From Amphiscolops sp. MND2022 (taxonomy: Eukaryota), in assembly GCA_964187785.1 (NCBI GenBank), contig OZ076419.1, positions 7,936,001 through 8,000,000 of the forward strand: 64,000 bases of DNA, given 5' to 3'. Shown piece after piece: positions 35,924 to 49,429 of this stretch. Position 1 is the stretch's first letter. The number at the start of each line of letters is the position of its first letter. Position numbers and translations under genes: made by a program. The notes under the pieces are model-generated. The model saw only the letters and a list, made by a program, of their open reading frames with translations, ran no database searches and was not told the DNA's origin.

Positions 35924-38145
35924 TTCTGTAGAACGACCACGATGATAGATAATACCACTTTAGAACTACCATTTGCTGTATTCTTGTTTGTTATTATAAC
36001 TCTTATTCAAGCAAAATACTATTTTAGGGAAAGGAAAAATTTTCTGTGGATTTCCAAATAAGGGCAAATAACAAAAACTAAATTAGTTTCAAATAACATG
36101 AAAAAGTTTAACTAAACATAAAAATAAAGATGTCTACGAGAAAGTTTTAGTGGTCAAAGGCATTCATAATTTGGAAGATTCACTGAAAAAGGTATGAAAA
36201 TTAGATTTAAAATTTGTTGAGTTTGATTTGTATAGTTCGATTGGTATTCGGTTTTATATTTTTTATATGAAACTAATTTCATTTTTATGTTAAATGGGAG
36301 TAATTTCATTTATTTTATTTGCTTATATGCTATTTGAGTAATCTTTTAGAACTACCATTTGCTGTCTCCTTATCTGTTCTAAATCTCCTAACTAACTCCT
36401 TATCGAAGCAAAAGAGTATTTTAGGGAAAAGAAATACTTTCCAAACTAAGCTGATGAAATGTATGAAGTATTAAAACGAAACCAAAAATACCATTTTTGG
36501 TACTGAGACCATGTTAACCCTATAGCCCTAAACGACCCACTGGTACTTTAAAGTCACATACCTTTTTTTTCAATTTCTCATCCGTTTTGCCAGTAGCCCA
36601 TTATCTCTAGCACAGTTTTTTCCAACAATTCCTTGGTACCTAGATTGGTTTGAATGGCACAAGCACTATGAAAAGTGAATATATCTCCAAAACTGAGAAA
36701 AATGTTTTTTTTTCGCACGAAAAATCGTTTTTCTCTAAATTTCACTTTTTGGCGAAATCCAGTTTTATCAAAAAATCTCCCATAGCAAAAACCAACCCCA
36801 TACACTTGCACAACAAGTTCTTACGCAACAAATCCCAATAATATTCTGTTGTTACTACAAACCCCCGTGCAGCGGGCAGCACGAAGTGCGGAACTGCCGC
36901 GAAGCGACGGTATCGGAAAAACAAACTAAAATTCTGGAGAGGGGGGGGGGGCGGCGACAGGGGCTCATCTGACCAAAATGAAAGCACAATACCAAACCTT
37001 TCAAACGCGCAATAGCAGTCAAAATAGTGGAATTACAGCTGAAACTAGAAGAGCAATCAAATCTGAAATCACTTCTCTTGTGAGTAGGAATCTAGAAGGA
37101 ACACGATCAGACCTGAATTCACATATCCTTGATGCGATCAACCCAGCAGTTGCAGAAAAGATGTTGCCAAGTGTTCAAAAAGCAAGGAGAACACAAAATA
37201 GTGATTCTTATATGAAAGTGGACACACGTTCAGATGAACCGCAGCAGCGCCAGAACACTGAAACTAGCCATAAAATACGTGAAGATTTCCCTAAAATAGG
37301 TTTAGGAAAACGTACCCAGAATAATCATAGATAGACGAGAGAGTCCAATTGACTCTCAAAAGTGAAAAAGGTTATGAAAGTCTGTAAATCGATTGTACAG
37401 TAGGTTTGGTTTTTAAACCTACTTCACCGGCAACGTTTTGATACGCGAACCCTGTTATTGTTCGACCAACTAAAAAAATTAAAGCTGCTGGGCTTTCGGA
37501 TCTCCTGATTAACGTAAAACGTAAAACAAGTGAAATGATTTCATGTTCGCAAGAAATTGTTGCGAATACAACGTTACAGTTATCAGAGCCCCTCTTCAAC
37601 TTTTTAGACTGTATGTCATGAACGCATCGGTATTTCCAACGCATGACTTTCAACCGGCTTGTCACCCTTTATAGTACTTTGTCTTCTTTTCCCAAGTCTC
37701 CTCTTCCCAAGAAAAACGCAATTTACTTCGAATATGACGTCAAACATTCGGATTTAGCAAGTGTCGAAGGAGGATTTAGGACAGCACAGAAACTTCATGA
37801 AATCTGTGGATTCACTGGTCTTTAAAATGGCACTGCTAAATTCGGTTTCTTTGTTCGGAAAGCGCCGACTGAAAAACAATTTGGTGACTAGTTGACTGTC
37901 AGCTTGGAAAGTAGTAAATTTCTTACTTGCCGTTCATATTTTGAAACATGGGAAAAATAAGCTACTAACACGGCAAGCTTTTTCCTGAAATTTGCCATTT
38001 TGCAACGTTATACTCAAACGTTGGATGTTCTCCCAAAGAATTCACCTTACCTAAAATTAGGTATATATTTCTAAACAAAACTCAGAATTTCCTCATTTTA
38101 TGATAAAATACAAAAGATTTCACATATACGAGGGCAGTGAAAAAA

Positions 38146-39531
38146 TGTAAGTTTAAAGTAATAATAACTATTGTAATCTGCTTGAAGAGCTGAGATGAAA
38201 ACGATATTTGAAATAACAATGTTTTCTGTAGCTCTAATTGTACAATAATGATAGTGAGCTACTTCTACAGAATTTGTTAGTCAACAAGATCTATAAATGG
38301 CAACGGATTGTTTATCAACGGTTTTCATACTGATGTTTGTTGCTCTTCATATCCCCCTCTGCGATTGGATGAGAAGTATCCAATGGGGTTCCGTTGCCGT
38401 CCAGATTGCTGTTGTGGTCGGTATGCCGTCCACGTCCTGTTGGTGATGTATCTGGACTTCCGTGATCAGCATGACGAGCTTCCGTGGAGTAGTTCGTCCA
38501 GTAGTGTGAGCAGTTTATTGATTTTCTTCACTGTCCCGCTCCAGCAGTTCTTCCGTTGTCTCCAGTAAAGGTGGCAAGTTGAGGCGTTTGGCGGTGTTTC
38601 CTGTAATCAGCTTGGTTAGTTGGATTATTTAATCAAACAATTGGGTTGATATGCGTTAGGCGTTTTGTTCGGCGTAGGTTAGTTTCTTCTATGTTTTCAA
38701 TTTCGTTTTCAATGTCGGTGCTAGAGCTAAGGTTGCTGACTACTTCTGAATCTGACTCATTTCCCTGTTCAAAAGTATTATAGAATACCTTACTATTGAT
38801 GTCTCTAATGAGATCTTGTCCTGATTGTTGTGTGTCGCTCATTATTTGCTCGATGTCGGAGTCCGACATTTGATCTGTATCGATTGTTAGTGGACCCAGT
38901 TGTTTATTTTCACCATTTCCGGGCCTCTTTTCTGGTGAAGTTGATTGCTCCTGGCTTCTGATTAGTTTGGGCCTTCCTCTGACTAATGTTCCCGCTTTCT
39001 TGGTGCCCGCCAATTCTGGGCTGGTGTCCGTTTGATCGTCTTGTAATGGGGATCGATCGGGAGTGGCCGGGGGTCTTGTCTTCTTTGCGGGCAAATCTTC
39101 CGTCTGGTCCTTTTGGTCCGGTACCTCTGTTGGAGGGTTCCTGTTCATATTGGTCTGTTTGACTGATTAGATTACGGTGGATTGTTCTATTATCAGATGT
39201 AGTCACAGTGTGGTTTGTTGCCCTTACGGCTGTTTGTAGCTGGTCTGAATATGGACTTTCACATTTTGTTTTTGTGTTTTTTCGTTCGAAGAATTGAAAC
39301 GGATATTAACAACCGTCTTTGTCGATTTTCTTTTTTGATTTATTGGCAGATGGTTGGTGCTACCGCCTTCTCCACTGAATGTGTAAACTTGTAATGTTTC
39401 TGGTTTTGCTAAAAAGGAATGGTTATTTGTTAGTTTTTTGATTTCGTTTAGTTTTAGCATGTTGCTTAATTCCGTTTTCGGTTCTCTTCCGAAATGAGTT
39501 CAAATGCCGATTTCTTTAGTCTAGTGTGTAA
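38146..39531 (-). mobile_element. Duplicate of the Gypsy 3' fragment
   Basis: Lies within copy 2 of the tandem duplication (offset 5741). Confidence 0.7.
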
Positions 39532-41597
39532 TTATTGTAAAGTAATTATTCAAAGCGATGATGGTTTTTGGAATAATCACAAAAGTTTCAAACAAGACGC
39601 CCGCGGACCAGCGGGATATTTTCCGTCCCAAATCATTTGAGCAACAAAATCGTTTTAAGTCCAAAAATCTTTACAAATACATATCGCATGGAACTAAATT
39701 TATGTCTAATGAATTCTGTGAATGTGCTTCTTCATATTACGTAAACAATAATTCTTGGCAAATTTTGTAAAAAAAACCGTTTGATTTAAATATTTTCCTT
39801 TCCCATATGAAATATGGGCGGAAAATAACAACTATTTTAGAGCAATTTTTGAGTTTTTGATGTCCTAACAACTTAAGTAGTTTGGGCTGAGAATATCCTG
39901 CTAATTAGTGGGCGAGTTGATTCGCTTTTTAAAATGAAAATGAGATTCAATTTTGTTGTTTTCAACAACGTATCTTAAAATACAGCAGCAACTGCTGTTT
40001 GGCGCAATGATTGAAATGTTGGGCTGGAATCTAATCCTACACTGGTCACAATTTTTTTTCTGTTTTGCCGAGATAGACGAGGATAAATTGTCCCTCATTG
40101 GAGAAATATTTTCGGCATTGTGACTTTTTTCTCGTTTTTTTTTCATTTTATGTCCCTCAACTTTTGCAAGGAAATGAATTGAAAGATGTAGTTTTCACTC
40201 TCTAGCCTTAAAAACATGTCGAAGCAATTTTATATTAGGAGCGGGGGGTCTTGTAATGTTTTCTGATGTCACGCATATTTCGACAAAATTCCGGTATATC
40301 CTATAGAGAAAAAAGCCAGGATTAGTCTATAGCCATTGTCGAACTTTCGTAGTTTTTCAAATCAAAATATTTGCTTTCAGACAGGACGCAAAAAGCTTCA
40401 AAAAATTCGCAACATCCGAATTATTGATGCTTTATCCGAGTCACTTTCCAAAAAGATGTGGGGGTCCAATTTAAAAAGATTTCGAATTTCAGCATTTTTT
40501 CAAATGGGGTAAATAAAATTTAAACAACTAATGGGATAGTTAAAATAATGATTTGATTTAACGTAAAAGAGTATGTAATAAACTCGTACTTTGGCATTCT
40601 TTTCGTATGATTTCACGTTCTGGAAGAAAGAGGGAAGATTCGATTGTCACCAGAGAGACGAGTGACACGAGTTTGAAGCAACCACTAATTTGGTACTTTA
40701 AAAGAAACTGCTCAAAAACCGAAACTGTAGCGCAACGGTTGGCACACCAGGCAGGTTGGCCAGTTTTTTTAAACAAAAATTCAGTGAACTTTGAGTCGCA
40801 ATTCTTTATGGGTAACAAAATATATCGCCCTGTTTGTGATGTTCAGAGCATAATTTAAGTTTGTGTTGAAATCCGTTTTCGCTGAGAAAAATCATTTTAG
40901 CGAAAAAAATTATTCATTTTTTCTTCCCTGAAAATGAAATATATCATTTTCAGGCAATATTAATATTCTAGTAAAATATTGAACACCCCTGGGGCTAACG
41001 TAACCCGTATCATGTCTTTTGAGATACTCATGCAATTAGCATTTCACCATGAAGAGGAGAATTATCACTTATCGATTCACAGTTTTCGCAATGTTTATTT
41101 TCTGAGGTCTGTCTTAGCCACAAATGGACGATTTGTTGATTTCAAGCTGAATGAGAAGCTGAATCACTATAACTTAGTTGTGGTTACTCCATACTAAGAA
41201 AGACTTGCATCGCTTCAGAAGGAAAAGTGATATTTTTTTGAAACTGGAAAACAAATTTTCATTAAAAATGGAAAGAAAATCAGCTATTATATTTTACAAT
41301 AAACAGAATTCAATTTAATTTACGGGAGATTATATGACATAACTAATGTCAAACAATAGATGATTAACGTCTTTCAAAAGATATCTCTTAGCTATTTTCT
41401 GACAATTTTGCACAAAAACTGTCAAATTACAGACAATTAATGCTGAAAGCATATTTTCATCGTCTTAAATGCTTCTTAAATCCCTTTCAAAAATAGAAGC
41501 CCATGATTTTTGCATGTATTCAGCATTTATTTGACACAAGAAGATACAATTCGTTTCCAACAAAACAGCCAAAGCAGCGAAGAGTTGAATCAAAGTG

Positions 41598-41666
41598 TGA
41601 CGTCATTCAATGTAGCGCGACCACGTAGCAAATGCTACTCGATTTCTCTGCCAAGCTGACGTGGCA
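41598..41666. promoter_or_regulatory. Duplicate bZIP-site cluster
   Basis: TGACGTCA at 41598-41605, CCACGT at 41621-41626, GCTGACGTGGCA at 41655-41666. Confidence 0.35.
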
Positions 41667-42276
41667 TTCTGTAGAGCCACCACGATGATAGATAATACCA
41701 CTTTAGAACTACCATTTGCTGTATTCTTGTTTGTTCTTATTATAACTCCTTATTCAAGCAAAATACTATTTTAGGGAAAGGAAAAATTTTCTGTGGATTT
41801 CCAAGTAACAAGGGCAATAAGGGCAAATAACAAAAACTAAATTAGTTTCAAATAACATGAAAAAGTTTAACTAAACATAAAAATAAAGATGTCTACGAGA
41901 AAGTTTTAGTGGTCAAAGGCATTCATAATTTGGAAGATTCACTGAAAAAGGTATGAAAATTAGATTTAAAATTTGTTGAGTTTGATTTGTATAGTTCGAT
42001 TGGTATTCGGTTTTATATTTTTTATATGAAACTAATTTCATTTTTATGTTAAATGGGAGTAATTTCATTTATTTTATTTGCTTATATGCTATTTGAGTAA
42101 TCTTTTAGAACTACCATTTGCTGTCTCCTTATCTGTTCTAAATCTCCTAACTAACTCCTTATCGAAGCAAAAGAGTATTTTAGGGAAAAGAAATACTTTC
42201 CAAACTAAGCTGATGAAATGTATGAAGTATTAAAACGAAACCAAAAATACCATTTTTGGTACTGAGACCATGTTAA

Positions 42277-42869
42277 CCCTATAACCCTAAACGACCCACT
42301 GGTACTTTAAAGTCACATACCTTTTTTTCAATTTCTCATCCGTTTTGCCAGTAGCCCATTATCTCTAGCACAGTTTTTTCCAACAATTCCTTGGTACCTA
42401 GATTGGTTTGAATGGCACAAGCACTATGAAAAGTGAATATATCTCCAAAACTGAGAAAAATGTTTTTTTTTTCGCACGAAAAATCGTTTTTCTCTAAATT
42501 TCACTTTTTGGCGAAATCCAGTTTTATCAAAAAATCTCCCATAGCAAAAACCAACCCCATACACTTGCACAACAAGTTCTTACGCAACAAATCCCAATAA
42601 TATTCTGTTGTTACTACAAACCCCCGTGCAGCGGGCAGCACGAAGTGCGGAACTGCCGCGAAGCGACGGTATCGGAAAAACAAACTAAAATTCTGGAGAG
42701 GGGGGGGGCGGCGACAGGGGCTCATCTGACCAAAATGAAAGCACAATACCAAACCTTTCAAACGCGCTATAGCTAGTTTCTCTGGTACGCGTAGTTGTGA
42801 AGATATTGATGATTTAAATTTTTTATCCATTTTTTTGAAAAATTGCAAAAACGCCTGGGTCGTTTACGG
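42277..42869. mobile_element. piggyBac-like MITE (TTAA flanks); truncated copy at 36518-37010
   Basis: CCCTAAACGACCCA (42285-42298) versus RC of 42856-42869 CCGTAAACGACCCA. TTAA at 42273-42276 and 42870-42873. Confidence 0.6.
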
Positions 42870-45156
42870 TTAAAAGGACTTTATACGGTTAGAAATATGG
42901 TAGGATTGTCTCTACAGCTGTTTTGACCCTGATTTTTTTTAGTTTATTGTCCAAAATAACAAAAATTGACGCCTGGGACTAGCCAAAATCGTACAAAGAC
43001 CCTAATTTTAACGCAAATATTCTCCGCCATAAATTAGAATGGGCAACTTTTTAAACTGTGAAACATTGTAAAACATTAATATGTTGACATCAATTATTTT
43101 ATTGGACCGAAAACTTATCGCAAACGAAGTTGACCTAATAGTTTTTGAACCTTGTTTCTTATTTTCCACCTGTGCCCGCTTGGGGGGGATAGAAAACATG
43201 GTATTTGGAACTGTTTTCAGTAGCAATTCAACTTTGGCAAATACGGATTCTCCATGTGAAAAATGCTGAGCGACTGGAATTGTGATAATCTTTCAACTGA
43301 AAACTGGAAATCGGTTCCTATCCAGAACTAGCTAGCCTCAACGAAAGAGAATTCATTCAAACTTTTGAACTGTTGATAAATATTAATAGTATTTAAGCAA
43401 ATATATTTTGCACAGATATGAATGAAATGGACACAAATTGCGAAATAAAATGACAAAGACGGACAACAAAATTATTTCAAGTGGCAAGCCGTGAGAAGAA
43501 ACGCTTGATAAGTGGTTGAATTGAGTCACTTACATTGACACCGCTGATTAGCGGCCGCCCGGGAACTATTAAGCGCTTCCATCAGCGATTCAAATTAGCG
43601 GCAACTAATAGAACGAACAAAATCAAAATTTCCTCAATTTTCACGGAGTTTCAAAATTTCAACTCTTGCCCTTGTAAAACCCACACAGTATGAAAAATTA
43701 CTTTTTCGCAAAAGCAAAATTGAGCTTGGTATAATTTTGAAATATTATCCAAGTCAAACATCAAATTGTTTGGGAAAACATTTTTCCAGCGAAATAGCGA
43801 ATTTGAAATTAGCGGTTCAGCGAAAACAATTAGCAATGTCAAAACCCTGATATACGGTATCACATTTTCTTCCCAAATTCCGACCCGAGTTTTCTGACAA
43901 AACCTGACATTTGGCAGCCCAAAAAGAAACACAACTCACAAAAGTATATTGACGACAATAATGACATCAGAATATTTCATATAACACGTTTACGCAATAA
44001 TTACTTTCCATTATGTTGGGTGGTAAATCATCGTCATTTGAGGATATTTATTCATCGGGAAGATCGAATTTAGGCTTATCTTAATGCAATCAAAATCATC
44101 ATATTAACTAGTTATAACAAGATCAGAATATCAGCACCAATTATATTAAGTTGTTACTAATTTTTAAATCGGTTTTGTTTTTGAATAACTTTTGTTATAT
44201 TCAAACGAGAGCCCATGAAAATGCGCCCTGTATTCATATTCATCATTTTTTTCATTACAATTCCAATTGAATTCGCCGTTAGTAAAGAAATTTTCCGCAT
44301 GAATTGCAGGATGCATTTTCGTCTTTAGAATTAGCTTTATCATCCCAAGAGCACAGTGCAGAATTTGACAAGAATAGCATTCTGCATTGAATAGATGAAA
44401 TTGAATGAAATCACGAATTGAACAACTGCGCCTCACACTGATATGATGGATGTAATAAATGGAAAACGAACACAAACACACAAAGTTGTCAAATATTGGG
44501 TAACAAAAAGAAACATCGTCAGTTCGTTTCTCTCACATGAAATGGCGGCAGGTGCGACAATTTTGACACTTTTTGTGGAAAATTCACTTTTCCAAGGTTG
44601 TTAATTATACAGTTTTTTCACGAAAAATGTTTACAACAGGTTTTTAAACGAAATTACTGTTTTGTATTTTGTTTTTTTTCCTCTTGGGTAAAACTACCGT
44701 GGAAAACAATGTAATGTACGACGGTTTTTCATTTTTGCCAAATCTTTCATAGGACAAAAATTTAACATAGGAACTTTAATCATGAAAGTCATTCAAATAA
44801 TGAATTTTTTCCAGATATCATCTTTCACACGAGATATACTGATCTGAAAAAGGTTAAAAGTACCAAAAAAACTAAATAGTCAGAAACTACCATAAACAAC
44901 TGTGAAGAAGTGTCTGAAAAAAAAACAGGAAAAAACCTTTTTAAAATTCATGTTTTTTGTGTTGTAGTCATGAATAAAAACACCTTAACAACCTTGCTTT
45001 TTTCAATGATTTTTTATCACTATCTTTACAAAATTGTTTCAAAATTCTCCACCTCCAGTTATAAAACATTAACACTTTTGAAGTGAGGTAGCAAGCTCCA
45101 ACGTTATAACTCCAATAACGGTCGCCTCTGGGAAGCTTAAACGTCCAGATAACTTT

Positions 45157-48100
45157 TTAAAGCTCTGGATTAGGAGTAGGATCGTCACTGGATTCTCCTC
45201 CGGAATCGGAGGTCGCCTCACTTTCGCTTCCAGGTAGTTCCAGAGTCTCTGGCTTCTTTTCCTCTTCCTTCTTTTCGTCTTTCTCAGGAGTTTCCGGCTC
45301 CATGTCTTCTTCAACATCCGGACTTTGAGATCCAGTGGAATCGGAACTGGCATTGTCGGAAGACTTCGTGGGCTTAGCTGTGGTTGGCTTGGGTTTGGGT
45401 TTAGAGTATCTCATCTTGTTCACAAGGTAACCCAATTCGCGTTCTAGCTCTCTGAGCTTCACAGAAATGTCCGCAACTAGCACAGGTGGCATCTCGTGAG
45501 GACTAGAAGCTTCGATTGCAGCCGTAGTTTCGTTGACAAATGTTATGGTGTTGTTGAAGGCTTTGGTTAGCGTCTCAATTTCAACAGCCGTGAAAATCTG
45601 CATGTCCTCGGGCAGTGCAGATGAAATGTTCAGGAAAGTTTGAGTGCGGTTCAAAAGCTCGTCGACCGCTTTCAAGATTTTAGGACGTTCAGTCATCTCA
45701 TGCAAACGACTGGTGACTCCCTTGAACTCTTTCTTGAGGTCACCCAGTTTGGTTTTGTACTCCTTAGAGGTCAAACCGATGCCTTCGTCATAGAGCCAAT
45801 CAGAAGCGGCAGATAACATAGTCGTGAACGTCTGTCGTTCTTCTTCGGTTGTGACTTTGATGAAGTTCTCATTCGTATCCAACTTTTCTTGTTGACCGAT
45901 AATGAAAGATTCCAAATCATTCAAAGCTTTGGCAGTTGCAAGTTTCTCCAGATCTCTCAAAGTCAGCTTTAGCAACTTGTCTTTCGATTCTTTGATGGCA
46001 GTTTCAGTCATGGGCGGTAAATCCTTGATTTCAATGTCAAATTTCAACGTTTCGCTGTGTTGAACTGTTTTTTCTTCAACTTTCTTCACTGTTTCCTCCT
46101 TAGCTGCTTCATCTGAGGTGGTTTTATTAGCGGCCTCTTCTGAGGCTTTCGTATCGCCTTCCGCCTTTGGAGTTTCTTCGGATCCAGTTGGTTCGGGTTT
46201 TTCATCCGCCCCTTCTTCCTCTTTTTTGTCCCCGGTAGATTCTCCGTTTTCAGAACCTTCTTTAGTTTCAGTTGCATTCTCGGGTGCTTTTTCGTCCGTT
46301 TTACTGGAGAAAAAACTACTGATTGATTCAGACAGCTTTTCATAGGTACTTTTCTCTGCTGGTTTGTTAACTTCTTCCAACACCTTTTTCTCAAAATGGC
46401 TATCAACAGCAAGTATTTCCAACATTCCGCTGTCACTTAACCTAAAATGGGCTTTCACGCCTTTGTCAGTGACATTTTCTTCTTTCATGTTCTTATCGTA
46501 TGCATCTCGGACTCCACTGATTGCGACATTCAACAGGTGGGTTTTGGAGAACAGATTTCGCTCAGTGTCTGACAGAAAATCCAAGTTGGAATATTTAACC
46601 AAAAATGAGAAGTCATCAGCCATTCGGTTAAAAGTCATTGCCTTTTTGACTGGAAATATGTTCATTTTGTTGAATATCGTTCTGTCCACTGATTTTATTT
46701 TTTCAGCTCCGTCTTGTTCGTCAATGTAGAGCCTGTCAAAAGACACATCAATCGGAAACACGGAGGCATCTTTCACTACAAATCGTTTCACGCGGAAGGC
46801 TGAGCTTAAATGGGCGGCTTGGTAAACTGCGCCTAAAGCAGCGGCCTCATCCGCATTGACGTTCTTGGATATTTCTTTACCATTCAAAAGCTCGGCTAGT
46901 TTCTCCTGGATTTTAGGGATACGGAAGGAACCTCCGAAGACGATGAACGAATCAATCGAGTCTAAAGTCAGGTCGGCCATTTTCAAAGCCATTTCTATTG
47001 GCCCGCCGACTCTATCGTACAAATCCGAGCACAGCTCGTCAAAAAGCTCCCTCTTCACGAGATACTTGAAGTCATTTTCTTCATGCAAACCCTCAACTTG
47101 AGCGTAATGCTCGGTGTTAGCACTGAGAACTTGTTTAACTCTGGTCGATTCCTTCAACAACTTTGACATCGCTTTTGGCGAGTCTTTGATATCTACCGAA
47201 GTTTTCTTCGATTTGGAAAACTGTTCGGCCAAGTGCTCGCGAAGTCGGAAATCAAATTCGGAGCCGCCCAATGTTCGATCATACCCAAACCCACGTATGA
47301 ACAAATGTGGATGTGTTTCTGATCGTCCATTCTCAGTGATTTTGTCCACCTTGTATTCGACCACAGATGCTTTGGTAGAGCTAGATCCCATGTCGAAAAA
47401 CATGACGTACATCGCGGTTTCTTTGAACTCGTCTCTGCGGAAAATGCCATAGTTCAGAGCCACAGCTGCGTGATCTGACATCAGTTGAAGCAACTTGAGC
47501 CCACTGAAATAGACAAAGAATGTGACAATGTGACCAAAACTTGAATCAGAAAAACTAAGTTTCACAGCTACTTCGTGAACGTAATAAGGGTTCATATTCC
47601 CGACACAAACATTCATTCTTCAGGATATGAATGAAAACTCTACATCAAATTTTAAAATACAAATGAACGTCTACGACGGATTTAGTAAAAAGCAAAGGAT
47701 GTCATTCGATAGTTTTCAAATGTTTTATTCATGGTTTTCGCATATTTTTGTTTTAATTTTCTCCAAGGTGAGATTATTTTTGCTCAAACTAGGGTTCTCA
47801 TTTCTTCCTAAAAACGTTCAGTCCAGGGCTAAAAATAAAGAGCCATTGCGACAAGTGTTTCTAATTAACCTCAACTAAGTTTGATTTAATTTTTTTTCAT
47901 GGAAAAACTTCACCTCATTTCGACGGCATCGACCACAGCTCTTCGTTCCGCCTGATTGAAATACCCGGGTATGGTGACGATGACATTATTGATGGGGTCC
48001 TTGGCGAACTCAACAGCTAAGTTGCGTGAGTTGTTCAATAACATGGCAAGCAATTCCTCAACCGTGTAAAACGTTTCATCATCAACTTTGAACTGCACGG

Positions 48101-48898
48101 TCCCACGATCAGTAGGCACGATGTTATGATGAGGGAATCGTGACTTGTATTTAGCCACAGATGAATGCTCAACGGGTTTGCCTAAATTGACAAAATATTC
48201 ATTTTAGTTAGATGCTAAAGGTTTGTCAGATTTAGCAACTTCACGCCTTTTTCCGATTATTAAAAAAAGAAAACTATAATCATATATGAGGGAATCAAAA
48301 TAAATTCAAACGACTAAAATTATCCAAAAATCGTTTTCATTTCTTTCAATATCTCAAATAACGCTACTGAAAACTAATGCACCGTTTCTGTTCATAATTC
48401 CAACAAGTTTCGGCTGAGTTAACCCATCTTGAAACTCAGAAAATACTTTTAATTTGGTAGCAGATGAAGAAATGTTATTTAAGGTGTTTTGACTCCTGGG
48501 CACTAATCATTAATTCATTATTATCTAAAAAATACTGTCACTATCACAATCTGATTTTCGAGTAACCTAGCAGCGACTTAATCATCGAACTGTAACAATT
48601 TCAACTAACCTATCAAATCCAGAAAATGAGAAAACATCATCTTGGGTTTTTTGATACCGGAGTTCAAAGCAGCATCGCCAAATAACCTCTCATCTTGCTT
48701 GATAGTAACAACAGTCGGAGTCTTTCTCTTAGATTCCGAGTTTAATACAATTTCCATTGGAACACCGGGTTTCACAATGCCAATTTTGTAAAAGTCGTTA
48801 CCCAAATCAATAGAAATTACGGCCACACTGGTCACCAAAACTGGAAGAAATCCAACCAGGACCCAGAGACAAAGGCTAGATTTGTAGGCACCAACCAT
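45157..48898 (-). CDS. HYOU1: Hypoxia up-regulated protein 1 / GRP170 / ORP150 (ER Hsp70/110-family chaperone), 3 exons, 967 aa
   Basis: Exons 48898-48610, 48181-47914 and 47503-45157, joined by GT-AG introns (phase 1, phase 2) with the frame preserved. Signal peptide, then SIDLG, KRKTP, ERLFGDAA, TIPGYFNQAERRA, DMGSSST, LGG, GGSFRIPKIQ, NADEAAALGA, NDLESFI and WLYDEG. C-terminus NPEL. Confidence 0.95.
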
Positions 48899-49429
48899 TT
48901 CGACTCTGAAAACATACGCTATATTGAGAACACTAATGATTTTGAATTTGCATAGATGAAAATCAATCACTAGCATTTCAACTATCCGATCAGAGCAATG
49001 AAAACTTTATTTCGCGATTGATGGAAATAATTTCGAGTCAGCTAAATTTCGATATGAAGGTGATCAAAGTTGGATGTTTTCGTGAGTGTCGCTCATTCAC
49101 AGAGACTGGAATAATGTCAGATGAACGAAATTGATGACACGAGATTCGATGGGCAACACAGGATTTTGGTACAACAGTTAACTAAAAATTAAAAACCTTT
49201 CTCTGGATCTCAGACGGCTGATCCAGGTACTACCATTCAGGACTGAAACTTGCTGATCAGAAACTTCAGATTCCGATCGCTTCTTAATCTGCGCGTGTTG
49301 GCCGCCACAGGTGGAGCCGCACCGACTGCCTCTAAGGGAATGAAAAGGCTTGCATTCAAACTGAGCGAGAAGAGCGAAGACACCTATGCAGAGGTAATGG
49401 GCTACATTATATATATAATCTGCACAACC

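Larger units (their letters stand above)
31269..37009 (+). repeat. Copy 1 of ~5.75-kb direct tandem duplication
   Basis: ORF pairs are offset by 5741-5742 bp (31631/37372, 32892/38633, 34816/40558), drifting to 5757 bp at the right end. Confidence 0.95.
37010..42767 (+). repeat. Copy 2 of ~5.75-kb direct tandem duplication
   Basis: Near-identical to 31269-37009, with scattered SNPs and small indels. Confidence 0.95.

Noticed and set aside
45157-47616. Track ORF start MNVCVGN at 47616 as the HYOU1 start
   Set aside because: 47616-47504 is intronic. The acceptor at 47505-47504 and two upstream exons give the proper signal peptide and ATPase N-terminus.
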